From IMG/VR virus record IMGVR_UViG_3300042564_002870: a DNA stretch of 20,000 nucleotides; one strand, given 5' to 3'. The notes under the pieces are model-generated. The model searched no databases, was not told the origin of the DNA, and was given only the letters and a program-made list of their open reading frames with translations. How positions within the stretch are numbered: position 1 is the stretch's first letter; every line of letters starts with the position of its first letter. Below, piece by piece: positions 5,842 through 14,709 of this stretch. This DNA comes from an uncultured virus (IMG/VR IMGVR_UViG_3300042564_002870) (Duplodnaviria > Heunggongvirae > Uroviricota > Caudoviricetes). Made by a program: the position numbers and the translations under genes.

Positions 5842-5917
5842 GATCCCGTAGCTCAGATGGTTAGAGCATGCTCTCTAAAAGCAAATGTCGTGGGTTCGAG
5901 TCCCACTGGGGTCACCA
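5842..5917 (+). tRNA. amber suppressor-type tRNA (anticodon CTA)
   Basis: GATCCCG/TGGGGTC, canonical D and T arms, 4-bp stem TGCT-CTCTAAA-AGCA, CCA. Confidence 0.8.
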
Positions 5918-6080
5918 TAAATTTCAGTGCTGAATGTGACGGCCAACTTAATATTAGCTCTCAGAGAGTCTCTGATATTAAGTGCTGAAACGCGAGCGGG
6001 GAGTGTTCACATACCCGAAACTTAACACTAAACGAAAGGGTAATACAATGTCTTTATAGGTTGAACTGAGGTGTGATGAT

Positions 6081-6311
6081 GTGGTTTTCCACTTCAACAA
6101 GAAACACCTCGAAGATTCTAGCATACCGATGTGGGTGCTAAAAGCAAAAGGACAAACCTACTATGTCAATCATGTTGACTGTAACAAGTCCTGGAGCACA
6201 AAGGAATCACCTGATAACCCAAGTACCAAAGGTGCTATCAAGGTTAAAAAGTGTATTCTGAAAATTGACGGTGATCATAATGCGATCATTGAAGATTGGG
6301 CACCTCCCTAA
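6081..6311 (+). CDS. hypothetical protein
   Basis: 76-aa ORF, GAGGTG RBS; start could be ATG at 6075 or 6078. Confidence 0.8.
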   Translation: MVFHFNKKHLEDSSIPMWVLKAKGQTYYVNHVDCNKSWSTKESPDNPSTKGAIKVKKCILKIDGDHNAIIEDWAPP

Positions 6312-6371
6312 CAGTAGTTTGAATATTAACACTACCAATGTTACAAATCAAATCAATGTTAGGAGAACATA

Positions 6372-6746
6372 ATGTCTATTGAACTAAAAGTAAAATCAAA
6401 GCACCTCAGTGTTGAAGCACGTATCATTCGTCACGAAGAGAACAAACTCAAGCGACAAATTGAATGGAAAAAGCAGAATGAGCAAGACCAAGAAGCTGAA
6501 CGAAGCCAATGGTTCTCTCTAAACGAACACCGTCGATGGAACGTACGTAATGAGAATAGAGCAACATTTCTTGCCCGAGCTTACATCGCTGGTAAAGCAT
6601 ACAAGAATGTAGAACAGAAGAGAAAATATGATCGTGAAAATTTGTTTTACCAAAACATACTTCCTCGAGTTCTCACACTTGTAAAGAAATACTCTAACCC
6701 TAATCTCGATCTAAAGCATATCACTGCTTGGGTTGATGTAGACTAA
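6372..6746 (+). CDS. hypothetical protein
   Basis: 124-aa ORF, AGGAGA RBS. Confidence 0.88.
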   Translation: MSIELKVKSKHLSVEARIIRHEENKLKRQIEWKKQNEQDQEAERSQWFSLNEHRRWNVRNENRATFLARAYIAGKAYKNVEQKRKYDRENLFYQNILPRVLTLVKKYSNPNLDLKHITAWVDVD

Positions 6747-6827
6747 AGAGTCTTACTGCTCTTAAATCAGTAAGTGGTCGGAGCGAGATTCCTGGGCATG
6801 AAGTAAAACTGCCCATTTATAGTTTTT

Positions 6828-6902
6828 GCTAGTGTAGCATAGAGGTAGTGCAACTGTCTCGTAAACAGTAGGTCGTGAGTTCAATTCTCACCACTAGCAC
6901 CA
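6828..6902 (+). tRNA. tRNA-Thr(CGT)
   Basis: GCTAGTG/CACTAGC, ACTGT-CTCGTAA-ACAGT, CCA. Confidence 0.94.
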
Positions 6903-7037
6903 AATTTGAGGTAAGTAAAGTCTGAATACGCCGGATTGGTACCCGTAGGCATAGGTTCAGAGCAGATCGGCCAATCTGCAAAAGGAGCATGGGCACCACA
7001 CTTTGTGGAGATACCGCACCTGCCTCAAACTTTTATG

Positions 7038-7065
7038 TTGACATATCCACGTGGTAGTATATACT
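7038..7065 (+). promoter_or_regulatory. sigma70-type early promoter
   Basis: TTGACA-N16-TATACT. Confidence 0.75.
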
Positions 7066-7102
7066 AAATAAGTGATAAACAATATAACCTAAAGGAAATA
7101 CA

Positions 7103-7306
7103 TTGGGTAAAGCATCCGACTACAAAATTACGTCGTATTACAGCACTCTTGCACCAACTGTTGAAAAGTTTCAAATTATCTATGCTGGTAAACCATATGG
7201 CACATATAAGACATATGATGAAGCAGCTTCAGCGGTTAAAAGTTTAGTAAAAGATGCGTGGTTTTTTGACCGCGGATATACAAGAAAAGATCGAGCTGCC
7301 TGGTAA
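7103..7306 (+). CDS. hypothetical protein
   Basis: TTG start after AAAGGAAA. Confidence 0.75.
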   Translation: MGKASDYKITSYYSTLAPTVEKFQIIYAGKPYGTYKTYDEAASAVKSLVKDAWFFDRGYTRKDRAAW

Positions 7307-7335
7307 AAGGATAAATATATCTGAAGGTTAATTTG

Positions 7336-7427
7336 GGGGGTGAGAACTAGAGGGGCTCTAGGACCGCCTGCTAAGCGGATCGTGCCACTAATACTGGTAT
7401 GGGAATCGTACTCCCCCGCCCCCGCCA
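7336..7427 (+). tRNA. tRNA-Ser(GCT), atypical D and T loops
   Basis: GGGGGTG/CGCCCCC, CCGC-CTGCTAA-GCGG, long variable arm, G73, CCA; T-loop ATCGTAC. Confidence 0.82.
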
Positions 7428-7444
7428 AACTTTGGAGATATTCG

Positions 7445-7699
7445 ATGTTTACAAACGAATTTGACTTTGATGAAACTGTGACAACCATAATGGACGAAGG
7501 TGCCGATTATGAAGATGTCCAGGTTATGATAACAGACGACCAAGTTTTTATTAGACAATGGGATGATGATAGAGAAAAATATGAAATTATCTGTATGAGT
7601 CCAAAGATGTATTTTGAACTGCAGGAAGCAATGAAGCACCCCGTGGGTTTATTTATTGTTGAACTATCACAAAAGATTAAAGCGAAAAAAGGTTTGTAG
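7445..7699 (+). CDS. acidic hypothetical protein
   Basis: Start reassigned to ATG after GGAGA (MFTNEFDFDE..). Confidence 0.85.
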   Translation: MFTNEFDFDETVTTIMDEGADYEDVQVMITDDQVFIRQWDDDREKYEIICMSPKMYFELQEAMKHPVGLFIVELSQKIKAKKGL

Positions 7700-8312
7700 T
7701 AGCAGTTAATAATTTTCTTTTCTTTGCTTCTTTAGATTTTGTATGAACATAATTCCAATCTTCTTTATTTCCATTTTGTGCATAATAAAAGCTTTTTTCA
7801 ATCATTATTGAATTACCATTTTTATCAATACATGGAATGTTACCTCGAAACGGATTATCATCGGTAAGGTTTCTCTGAAGTGTAACAGGATGGGGAATAC
7901 CCTTTCTACTTATTCTAGTAGAATTTCTATTTTTAGATTGTAAATTATGAGTTCCTTTTTTAACTCTATTTAATTGAATTTTTCTTTGAACTTCAGAATT
8001 TTGAAAATTATGTTTACCTTCGTTTAAAAGTTTTTCTTGTTTTCCGCCATTGCCAGATTCTGGCATTAAATTTGCCCACTCTTTAGATTTAACAATATTC
8101 CAAATTTTACTAAAAAATAATCCAGTTTGTTTTAGCTCATCTTTATCTTCAGTTACTAGAAGTATTTGCGTAGTGTAATCAGTACCATACTTTTTAAGAT
8201 GTCTCAACCAATATTTACCTGATCCCGTATATTTGTATGGATCTTCATTGATTGTTTTGCCTAAATATTTTAGACCAGTTTTGTTGTGTGTTTTGACGTA
8301 TAAATATATCAT
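7677..8312 (-). CDS. free-standing GIY-YIG (Seg-like) homing endonuclease
   Basis: N-terminal IYLYVKTHNKTGLKYLGKT..YTGSGKYW; start after AAGGAG; AT-rich; the only credible minus-strand gene. Confidence 0.82.
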   Translation of the reverse strand: MIYLYVKTHNKTGLKYLGKTINEDPYKYTGSGKYWLRHLKKYGTDYTTQILLVTEDKDELKQTGLFFSKIWNIVKSKEWANLMPESGNGGKQEKLLNEGKHNFQNSEVQRKIQLNRVKKGTHNLQSKNRNSTRISRKGIPHPVTLQRNLTDDNPFRGNIPCIDKNGNSIMIEKSFYYAQNGNKEDWNYVHTKSKEAKKRKLLTATTNLFSL

Positions 8313-8377
8313 GCTGGAACTCCTTATGTTTCTAGTGTAGTTGGGATGACCGCCAAGAAATCCGCGAGCTACAATTA

Positions 8378-8385
8378 TATTTATA
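8378..8385 (-). promoter_or_regulatory. T4-type late promoter for the endonuclease
   Basis: TATAAATA on the minus strand, 65 nt upstream of the start. Confidence 0.65.
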
Positions 8386-8500
8386 TAAAAAGGGTTTGTA
8401 CTATAGGCCGAAATTCTGAAACCCTGGAATACCCAAAACACATTCATTGTGGATCGCCAGTAAGCGGCCCGTCAAGACACACAACAAAACTAGTCTATTT

Positions 8501-8574
8501 TTCCCTGTAGTATAATGGCAGTGCACCGTCCTGACTCGACGGAGGAGAAGGCTCGATTCCTTCCAGGGAAACCA
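8501..8574 (+). tRNA. tRNA-Val(GAC)
   Basis: TTCCCTG/CAGGGAA, CCGTC-CTGACTC-GACGG, CCA; U37 and C54 are atypical. Confidence 0.85.
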
Positions 8575-8622
8575 TCTAATTATAAATAGCCCATAACAAT
8601 CACCCTCATAATGGAGACTACA

Positions 8623-9063
8623 ATGGATAAAACTGAATTAGTTGAAAAGCTAAAAATGATACTTGCATCATCATTTTCACTCTATCTTAAAGCACATAAT
8701 TATCACTGGAATGTCACTGGACCAAATTTTAGTGAATATCATGCTTTCTTTGCTGGTTATTATGAATCAGTTCACGATTCAGTTGATGTTTATGCAGAAT
8801 TGATCCGTACAATGAGTTCATTTGCACCAGGTTCTTTGAAAAGATTTTCTGAACTTACAATAATTTCAGATGAAATTGCAATCCCAAGTCCAAGATTTAT
8901 GTTTGTAAGACTTGCATCTGATAATGGCCTTGTATTGGATGAATTAAGATCAGCACATGCCATGGCAGATTCTATGAATGAAATTGGTATCTCTGCTACA
9001 CTAGAGACACAAATCCAATTCCATGAAAAAATGCAGTGGCAACTAACCGCATTTGCAGAATAA
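8623..9063 (+). CDS. dps: Dps family ferritin-like DNA protection protein
   Basis: LYLKAHNYHWNVTGPNFSEYH..D.YAE..HEKMQWQL motifs; start after GGAG. Confidence 0.93.
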   Translation: MDKTELVEKLKMILASSFSLYLKAHNYHWNVTGPNFSEYHAFFAGYYESVHDSVDVYAELIRTMSSFAPGSLKRFSELTIISDEIAIPSPRFMFVRLASDNGLVLDELRSAHAMADSMNEIGISATLETQIQFHEKMQWQLTAFAE

Positions 9064-9067
9064 TAAC

Positions 9068-9088
9068 ACGGGCGCCAAGAGCGCCCGT
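9068..9088 (+). terminator. GC-rich hairpin, probable terminator
   Basis: ACGGGCGC-CAAGA-GCGCCCGT after the dps stop; weak U tract. Confidence 0.6.
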
Positions 9089-9099
9089 TAAACTTTCAG

Positions 9100-9128
9100 T
9101 TGACAAATACCCCGAATCAGTTTATATT
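9100..9128 (+). promoter_or_regulatory. sigma70-type early promoter
   Basis: TTGACA-N17-TATATT, CGAATCAGT in spacer. Confidence 0.88.
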
Positions 9129-9155
9129 AATACTATAACCGAATGAGGAACTGAA

Positions 9156-9509
9156 ATGACTGCTTTTGCTACTACTGAACGCCCTGCCGTCGGCGAAGTC
9201 AATGGACTTGTAAACGGTATTGCATATCATAATACTCGACATGAACAAAAAGGCGGAGTTGATACAGTTGATTGGACCGAACCTGGTCTTGAAATCACTC
9301 GTCTCCGCCTTCTTTCAGATCCTGGGTTTCCTGCATGGGATGTTTCCTATTGTCATGGTCTCCTGAATGGGCGACATGTCGATGTTCAACTTCCATTCTC
9401 GCAACTTCCAAAATATGGCAAAGGCGGCGCCAAAGCTGCTCTCTACAAAGAGGCCAAAGCTACTGGTAAGTTCATCAAAGGTCTTTTCAATGTGTCAACT
9501 CTCTGCTAA
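9156..9509 (+). CDS. hypothetical protein
   Basis: 117-aa ORF, GAGGA RBS, own promoter. Confidence 0.88.
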   Translation: MTAFATTERPAVGEVNGLVNGIAYHNTRHEQKGGVDTVDWTEPGLEITRLRLLSDPGFPAWDVSYCHGLLNGRHVDVQLPFSQLPKYGKGGAKAALYKEAKATGKFIKGLFNVSTLC

Positions 9510-9554
9510 AAAATTTATCACATTAATTTAATCAAGAAAGGAATCCAATACTGG

Positions 9555-10685
9555 ATGGAAAATTTAGTACACGATTATATAAAAAATAATAACTTTGATC
9601 GTCCTACTTTAATTATGTCACTTGAAAATTTAGAAACTAATTACAACGGTTTTAAAGCTGGAATGCCTTCGTGTCATGTACATTATGCAGTGAAAGCAAA
9701 TCCTCATCCAGAAATCCTTTCTAAATTGCATAGTCTTGGTTCAAAATTTGATGCAGCATCTGCAGGTGAAATAGACATGTGCCTAACAGCAGGTGCATCT
9801 CCATCCAATATCAGTTTCGGTAATACAGTTAAAAGACCTCAAGACATTAAATATGCATATTCAAAAGGTATCAAACTATTCGCAGTTGATTCTATAGAAG
9901 AAGTAGAAAAGGTTGCTGAACACGCACCTGGTTCTCAAGTCTTTGTCAGAGTTCTTGTCAGAAGTACTGAAGCAGAATGGCCTCTAAGTCGCAAGTTTGG
10001 TTGCAGTTCAAGTATGGTTCCTCAAGTTATGGAAGCTGCAAGAGATGCTGGTCTAGAAGTTGCTGGTTTAAGTTTTCATGTTGGAAGTCAAACTAGACAT
10101 CCTCATATGTGGCTTGATACTTTGGATTTTGTTGAAAGTATCTGGAATTACAGCAAGGAACAAGGCTTTGATCTTTGGCTATTAAATGCAGGTGGTGGTT
10201 TCCCTAGTTATTATGGGGTTGACATAACAGATTCGGTAGAATATTGTGAAACACTAAACAAAGAAATCTATGATCGGTTTGCTGGACTGAAATATCTGAT
10301 GATCGAACCAGGTCGTGGAATGGTTGCAAATCTAGGATCTATTGCATCTGAAGTACTTCTAGTCTCTACAAAGACACCTGGTGATCCAGTAAGATGGTTG
10401 TATCTAAATATCGGAAGATTTTCTGGTCTTGCAGAAACAGAAAAGGAAGCTATCAAGTATAGGTTCTTTATTCCTGGTAAAGATGCGGATGAGAAAATTG
10501 AATACATTATTGCAGGACCTACCTGTGATAGTGCTGATGTGCTTTATGAAGAACATAAAGTTCTATTATCAGAAAACTTAAAATGTGGTGATAAAATCAT
10601 CATTGATAATACAGGTGCTTATACTACTACATACAGCACTGTAGCATTTAATGGGTTTCCACCGCTTGAAGTAATTGTAATTTAA
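9555..10685 (+). CDS. fold-type III PLP-dependent ornithine/lysine decarboxylase
   Basis: YAVKAN, FDAASAGE, SFHVGSQ, GGGF, IEPGR, GPTCDS, GAYT motifs. Confidence 0.95.
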   Translation: MENLVHDYIKNNNFDRPTLIMSLENLETNYNGFKAGMPSCHVHYAVKANPHPEILSKLHSLGSKFDAASAGEIDMCLTAGASPSNISFGNTVKRPQDIKYAYSKGIKLFAVDSIEEVEKVAEHAPGSQVFVRVLVRSTEAEWPLSRKFGCSSSMVPQVMEAARDAGLEVAGLSFHVGSQTRHPHMWLDTLDFVESIWNYSKEQGFDLWLLNAGGGFPSYYGVDITDSVEYCETLNKEIYDRFAGLKYLMIEPGRGMVANLGSIASEVLLVSTKTPGDPVRWLYLNIGRFSGLAETEKEAIKYRFFIPGKDADEKIEYIIAGPTCDSADVLYEEHKVLLSENLKCGDKIIIDNTGAYTTTYSTVAFNGFPPLEVIVI

Positions 10686-10692
10686 GAATAGT

Positions 10693-10769
10693 GCCTCTGT
10701 AGCTCAACTGGATAGAGCTTCCGCCTTCGAAGCGGCAGGTTGTGGGTTCGAATCCTGCCAGGGGCACCA
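10693..10769 (+). tRNA. tRNA-Arg(TCG)
   Basis: GCCTCTG/CAGGGGC, CCGC-CTTCGAA-GCGG, CCA. Confidence 0.95.
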
Positions 10770-10777
10770 TTTTCTAG

Positions 10778-10806
10778 TTGACAATTCAGTATAGTTAATA
10801 TATACT
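10778..10806 (+). promoter_or_regulatory. sigma70-type early promoter
   Basis: TTGACA-N17-TATACT followed by GATTC. Confidence 0.85.
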
Positions 10807-10831
10807 GATTCTAACAAACAAGGAGTAAATT

Positions 10832-11506
10832 ATGAATGAACAGCGCTATTATTGCTTTCCAGATATTCACGGTTGTAGTGATCTTCTGAGAGATGCGCTT
10901 TCATTTGTTTACAAGCAAAATCCAAATGGTGGTAAGATTATCTTTCTCGGTGACTATATTGACCGTGGACCAGATAATCTTGGTGTTATTACAACTATTA
11001 TGAATCCACCAGAAGGCTGGGAATTTGTAACATTACTCGGAAACCACGAGGAAATGTTCATTGATTCTTATTTTCATGGCACACCATTCTATGATCCTAG
11101 AGCTGCTAAAGATATTGCAGGCTTTAAACAAGATGAATTTGTGATTTATGAACACGTCCGTCAAGGTATTGATCGGGCTATTATGGAGTGGATGTATAAT
11201 TTAAAGATATGTCACATCGAAGATAAAAATGTCTTTGCACATGCATTCTATGATGATACTATTAGCCCAGAAGATCAAGTCTCTAGCAAATGTGTTTGGA
11301 CCCGTATGGATGATTGGATGAAGTTCCCTAACAATAAACAAGGACTCTATTTGACTCACGGGCACACTCCACGTAAGCATGGTCCTGTGAAGTCTCCAAA
11401 TAGAACCAACCTTGACTGTGGTGTTGTTTTCTATGGACGGTTGGTGATAGCTGAATATTACAAAGATGTTCAAGGACCTGTAGCATTCCATGAATTTACA
11501 ACCTAA
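10832..11506 (+). CDS. calcineurin-like metallophosphoesterase (Ser/Thr phosphatase type)
   Basis: DIHG, GDYIDRG, GNHE, HGHTP motifs. Confidence 0.93.
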   Translation: MNEQRYYCFPDIHGCSDLLRDALSFVYKQNPNGGKIIFLGDYIDRGPDNLGVITTIMNPPEGWEFVTLLGNHEEMFIDSYFHGTPFYDPRAAKDIAGFKQDEFVIYEHVRQGIDRAIMEWMYNLKICHIEDKNVFAHAFYDDTISPEDQVSSKCVWTRMDDWMKFPNNKQGLYLTHGHTPRKHGPVKSPNRTNLDCGVVFYGRLVIAEYYKDVQGPVAFHEFTT

Positions 11507-11786
11507 AATTTTGAATGCAAGAGAAGTTGGTACAAAACTAGAAGGTTCTGTATATTGTGGAAGACCATCTAAGTATGGAAATCCATTTAAGACAGGAATA
11601 GACGGTAATAGAACTGAAGTTATAGAAAAGCACCGAATATGGTTTTTATCAAACCAACCGTTAATAGACCAAGCAAAGAATGAATTGCGAGGAACAAATT
11701 TAATCTGCTGGTGTGCGCCAAAGTCATGTCACTGTGATATAATTTTGGAAGTAGTAAATCAAAGTGATCTATTCGGCTTTATGTAA
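11490..11786 (+). CDS. DUF4326-like protein
   Basis: VYCGRPSKYGNPF..LRGTNLICWCAPKSCHCD. Confidence 0.88.
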   Translation: MNLQPKILNAREVGTKLEGSVYCGRPSKYGNPFKTGIDGNRTEVIEKHRIWFLSNQPLIDQAKNELRGTNLICWCAPKSCHCDIILEVVNQSDLFGFM

Positions 11787-11901
11787 TAAATAAATTCGAA
11801 GTTTCCACCTATCGGTAGAGACTCAATCGAGGTTTTGGTGATTGAGCCAGCGTAGCAAATCAATCACTATTATAACTGAAGGGAGATAATGAGGTGACGC
11901 A

Positions 11902-12378
11902 ATGTTTAAACAAAAACAAATCGAAGAATTAGTTAATCTTTTATATGGTCTTACTGCCGATACAAAAATTTACATTGGTACTGACTCTGTTCGTTTTAGA
12001 AAAGAAGGTCGTTGGTATGCAAAGTTTGCAAGTGTTTGTGTCGTCCACAAGAACGGTAATAAGGGCTGTAGAGTCTTTACATACCGTTCGATTGAACCAG
12101 ACTATGACTTAAAGAAGAATCGTCCTTCATTACGACTGATGAATGAAGTCTACAAATCTTGTGAACTTTACAATCAACTCGCACCTTTTATTGATGAATT
12201 TGATGTCGAAATTCACGTCGACGTAAATACTGATCCCAAGCATGGTTCAAATTGTGTTGCTACACAGGCAGCAGGATATGTTCTTGGAGTGACTGGTGTG
12301 GAAGCAAAGATGAAACCTGACGCTTGGTGCGCAAGTTTTGGTGCAGATCACTATGTTAACAATTTTAATGTAAATTAA
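11902..12378 (+). CDS. RNase H-like YkuK (DUF458) family protein
   Basis: IYIGTDS..RLMNEV..EIHVDVN..KPDAWCASFGAD. Confidence 0.85.
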   Translation: MFKQKQIEELVNLLYGLTADTKIYIGTDSVRFRKEGRWYAKFASVCVVHKNGNKGCRVFTYRSIEPDYDLKKNRPSLRLMNEVYKSCELYNQLAPFIDEFDVEIHVDVNTDPKHGSNCVATQAAGYVLGVTGVEAKMKPDAWCASFGADHYVNNFNVN

Positions 12379-12381
12379 TGG

Positions 12382-12410
12382 TTGACATATTCGGATGGAT
12401 AGTATATACT
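12382..12410 (+). promoter_or_regulatory. sigma70-type early promoter
   Basis: TTGACA-N17-TATACT followed by GATTC. Confidence 0.85.
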
Positions 12411-12440
12411 GATTCTATAAGGTGAATAAAGGAACCGAAA

Positions 12441-12632
12441 ATGACAACTATGAAGCTCCTGTCTCTCTGCGACGGCATGTCCAATATGGCTGCCACCCAC
12501 TCGAATGACAAGATCTCGAATGCCCTTGCTCGGGTATCTCGTAAAATTGAGTCTATCGGAACCACAAAGTTCGCACCTGAACTTGATGAAATCGACATGA
12601 AGGTGGTTCAGTTCTATCTTCAACACAAGTAA
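12441..12632 (+). CDS. hypothetical protein
   Basis: 63-aa ORF, AAAGGAA RBS, own promoter. Confidence 0.8.
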   Translation: MTTMKLLSLCDGMSNMAATHSNDKISNALARVSRKIESIGTTKFAPELDEIDMKVVQFYLQHK

Positions 12633-12734
12633 GTGTTGCTTTATTGTAACACTTACTTCTATATTTAAAATGTACTATTTACTTTTTCTAAAAATGTAAT
12701 ATATAGTACATATAGGTGAAATAAAGGCTATACA

Positions 12735-13220
12735 ATGATCAAAACCATTCTTGCTACCACAGCTATTTTGTGTGGTGCTTCCACCGCCTGTGCAGATGGT
12801 TATAATTCTCGTCAAGGTATTGTAGTTGATGTAGAAGCCGTATATAGCACAGACTATACATATAAAACTCAAGAACAATGTTTTGAACAACGAATTCCAA
12901 TTTATGGAAACACACAAGGTTCGACTGGAGATGTTCTTGCGGGTGCACTTATTGGTGGTGCTATCGGAAATCAATTTGGATCAGGTGACGGTAAAGATGC
13001 CATGACTGTTCTTGGTGCAATTGTTGGTGCTGATACTGCCGGTCGTAATCGCCGGGCTGTTGTAGATTATGTCTATGAATGGCGGTGTGAACTTGTGGAA
13101 ATTCCCCAAGAAACTCGAATGTTTCACCACTATCAAATAACATATGAAGTTGATGGTAACTATTATCGAGTAAATACCGATAGAATCTTTGAAATTGGTC
13201 AACGAATTACAGTAGAATGA
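12735..13220 (+). CDS. glycine-zipper 2TM domain exported protein
   Basis: Signal peptide; GALIGGAIGNQFGSGDGKDAMTVLGAIVG. Confidence 0.88.
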   Translation: MIKTILATTAILCGASTACADGYNSRQGIVVDVEAVYSTDYTYKTQEQCFEQRIPIYGNTQGSTGDVLAGALIGGAIGNQFGSGDGKDAMTVLGAIVGADTAGRNRRAVVDYVYEWRCELVEIPQETRMFHHYQITYEVDGNYYRVNTDRIFEIGQRITVE

Positions 13221-13684
13221 ATAATACAATTTTGAATAAAGAAGTTGCTCAAATTATTTACGAGCAAATTGACCCATGGATATTTCAAGCACCCGAAAAA
13301 ACAAAAGATGATATTTTTGTTGATATTGAACAAGATATTAAGAGTGGAAAATCACTACCTCTAGAAAAAGATGGTTTTATCTTATACATTGTTCCGGAAA
13401 CAAAATGGCTTGCAAGAGTACACATGTTTGCAAAAAACAATAGCCCTATAAAATCACTAAAGGCAGGTATATTCTTGACTGATTTAATCTTTAATAATTC
13501 TAAGGTAATGAAATTATATGGTATCACACCACTAAAATCTATGGTAAAAGTTTCCGAGAGAATCGGATGGAAACATGAAGGTACTATCACGAAATCCTTT
13601 ATGACAAAAGAAGGTGATCTCAAAGATCAATATGTCTTTGGTATTACACGTGAAGAAAATAAACAATGGAGAGAAATAAAATGA
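13217..13684 (+). CDS. GNAT-fold (RimJ/RimL-like) protein
   Basis: C-terminal ERIGWKHEGTITKSF..G.LKDQYVFGITR pattern. Confidence 0.7.
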   Translation: MNNTILNKEVAQIIYEQIDPWIFQAPEKTKDDIFVDIEQDIKSGKSLPLEKDGFILYIVPETKWLARVHMFAKNNSPIKSLKAGIFLTDLIFNNSKVMKLYGITPLKSMVKVSERIGWKHEGTITKSFMTKEGDLKDQYVFGITREENKQWREIK

Positions 13685-14268
13685 AAACTATTATCCTTAC
13701 CGCCGCGCTAGTTCTAGCTTCTACCGCTGTATTTGCTGCCGATTTTGAAAATAACAGCGTCGATCTTGTACTTGAGCGCGACAATATGACTTTTGGAATT
13801 TCTTCGACTGCTGGTCAAGCTAATGATCTTTCAGTTACTGTAACCGTACTTCCATATTCCGTAATGGGTGCAGATGCTGATCTAACTTTTGGTGCAAAGT
13901 ATGGTATCCAATCAGAAGATATTACACTCACCGCAGCATATGGCCTTTCCAAAAATTTCGGCCAATTGAATGTATACGGTACCGCTGAAGCTGAATATAC
14001 CATTGCATCTGGCGCTAATGAAGGTGCATGGGATGCCACTCCTACCGTTGGTGTCGGTTATCGTGTAAATGATAAACTTTCTGCTTACAGTCAAGTGTCA
14101 TATACTTGGAATGCGAGTACCGATTGGACACAAGAAGGTGGTTCTGTAGAAGCTGGCGCACGTTACGCACTTAGTGACAATATTGCACTTACACCAAGTG
14201 TAGCACATAGCTTTGATACTGGTGCAGATGAAACCAATCTAAATCTTAAGCTTGCCCTTCAATTCTGA
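13681..14268 (+). CDS. outer-membrane beta-barrel / porin-like protein
   Basis: Signal peptide, alternating beta-strand pattern, C-terminal Phe (LKLALQF). Confidence 0.8.
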   Translation: MKTIILTAALVLASTAVFAADFENNSVDLVLERDNMTFGISSTAGQANDLSVTVTVLPYSVMGADADLTFGAKYGIQSEDITLTAAYGLSKNFGQLNVYGTAEAEYTIASGANEGAWDATPTVGVGYRVNDKLSAYSQVSYTWNASTDWTQEGGSVEAGARYALSDNIALTPSVAHSFDTGADETNLNLKLALQF

Positions 14269-14348
14269 TTCTATAACAAGGTTTGGTTCCCATAAATAAA
14301 CCCGTGAGAGGCCTATGGTTAGCCTCTCATTTTTATATGGAGGTTCTT

Positions 14349-14705
14349 ATGGGTATAAAAGCTGGAAAAATTTGGGGAAATACCGAATTAATACACGCAA
14401 ACGGTGTTCTTGAGTTTCATAGAATTGAATTTAAATCAGGATTTAAATGCAGTGAACACGAACACAGATTTAAATGGAATGGATTCTTTGTTGAATCTGG
14501 TAAAATGCTAGTTCGTGTATGGCAAGATGCTGATCAAAAAGGCTTGGTTGATGAAACTATTCTTGGTCCAGGTGATTTTACACAAGTCAAACCCGGCAAG
14601 ATTCATCAATTTGAAGGACTTGAAGATGGTGTTGCATTTGAATTATATTGGGCTGAATTTAATCATGATGATATTGTCCGCCGAAGTATAGGAAGTGAAA
14701 TTTAA
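14349..14705 (+). CDS. cupin domain protein
   Basis: K.WG..E, CSEHEH..KWNGFFVESG, PGKIHQF; start after GGAGG. Confidence 0.85.
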   Translation: MGIKAGKIWGNTELIHANGVLEFHRIEFKSGFKCSEHEHRFKWNGFFVESGKMLVRVWQDADQKGLVDETILGPGDFTQVKPGKIHQFEGLEDGVAFELYWAEFNHDDIVRRSIGSEI

Positions 14706-14709
14706 ATTA

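Noticed and set aside
6752..6815. CTTACTG/CAGTAAG hairpin with CTCTTAA (Lys-like) and a TGGGCA/TGCCCA hairpin
   Set aside because: The loop is 9 nt and there is no acceptor or T-arm; more likely 3' UTR hairpins.
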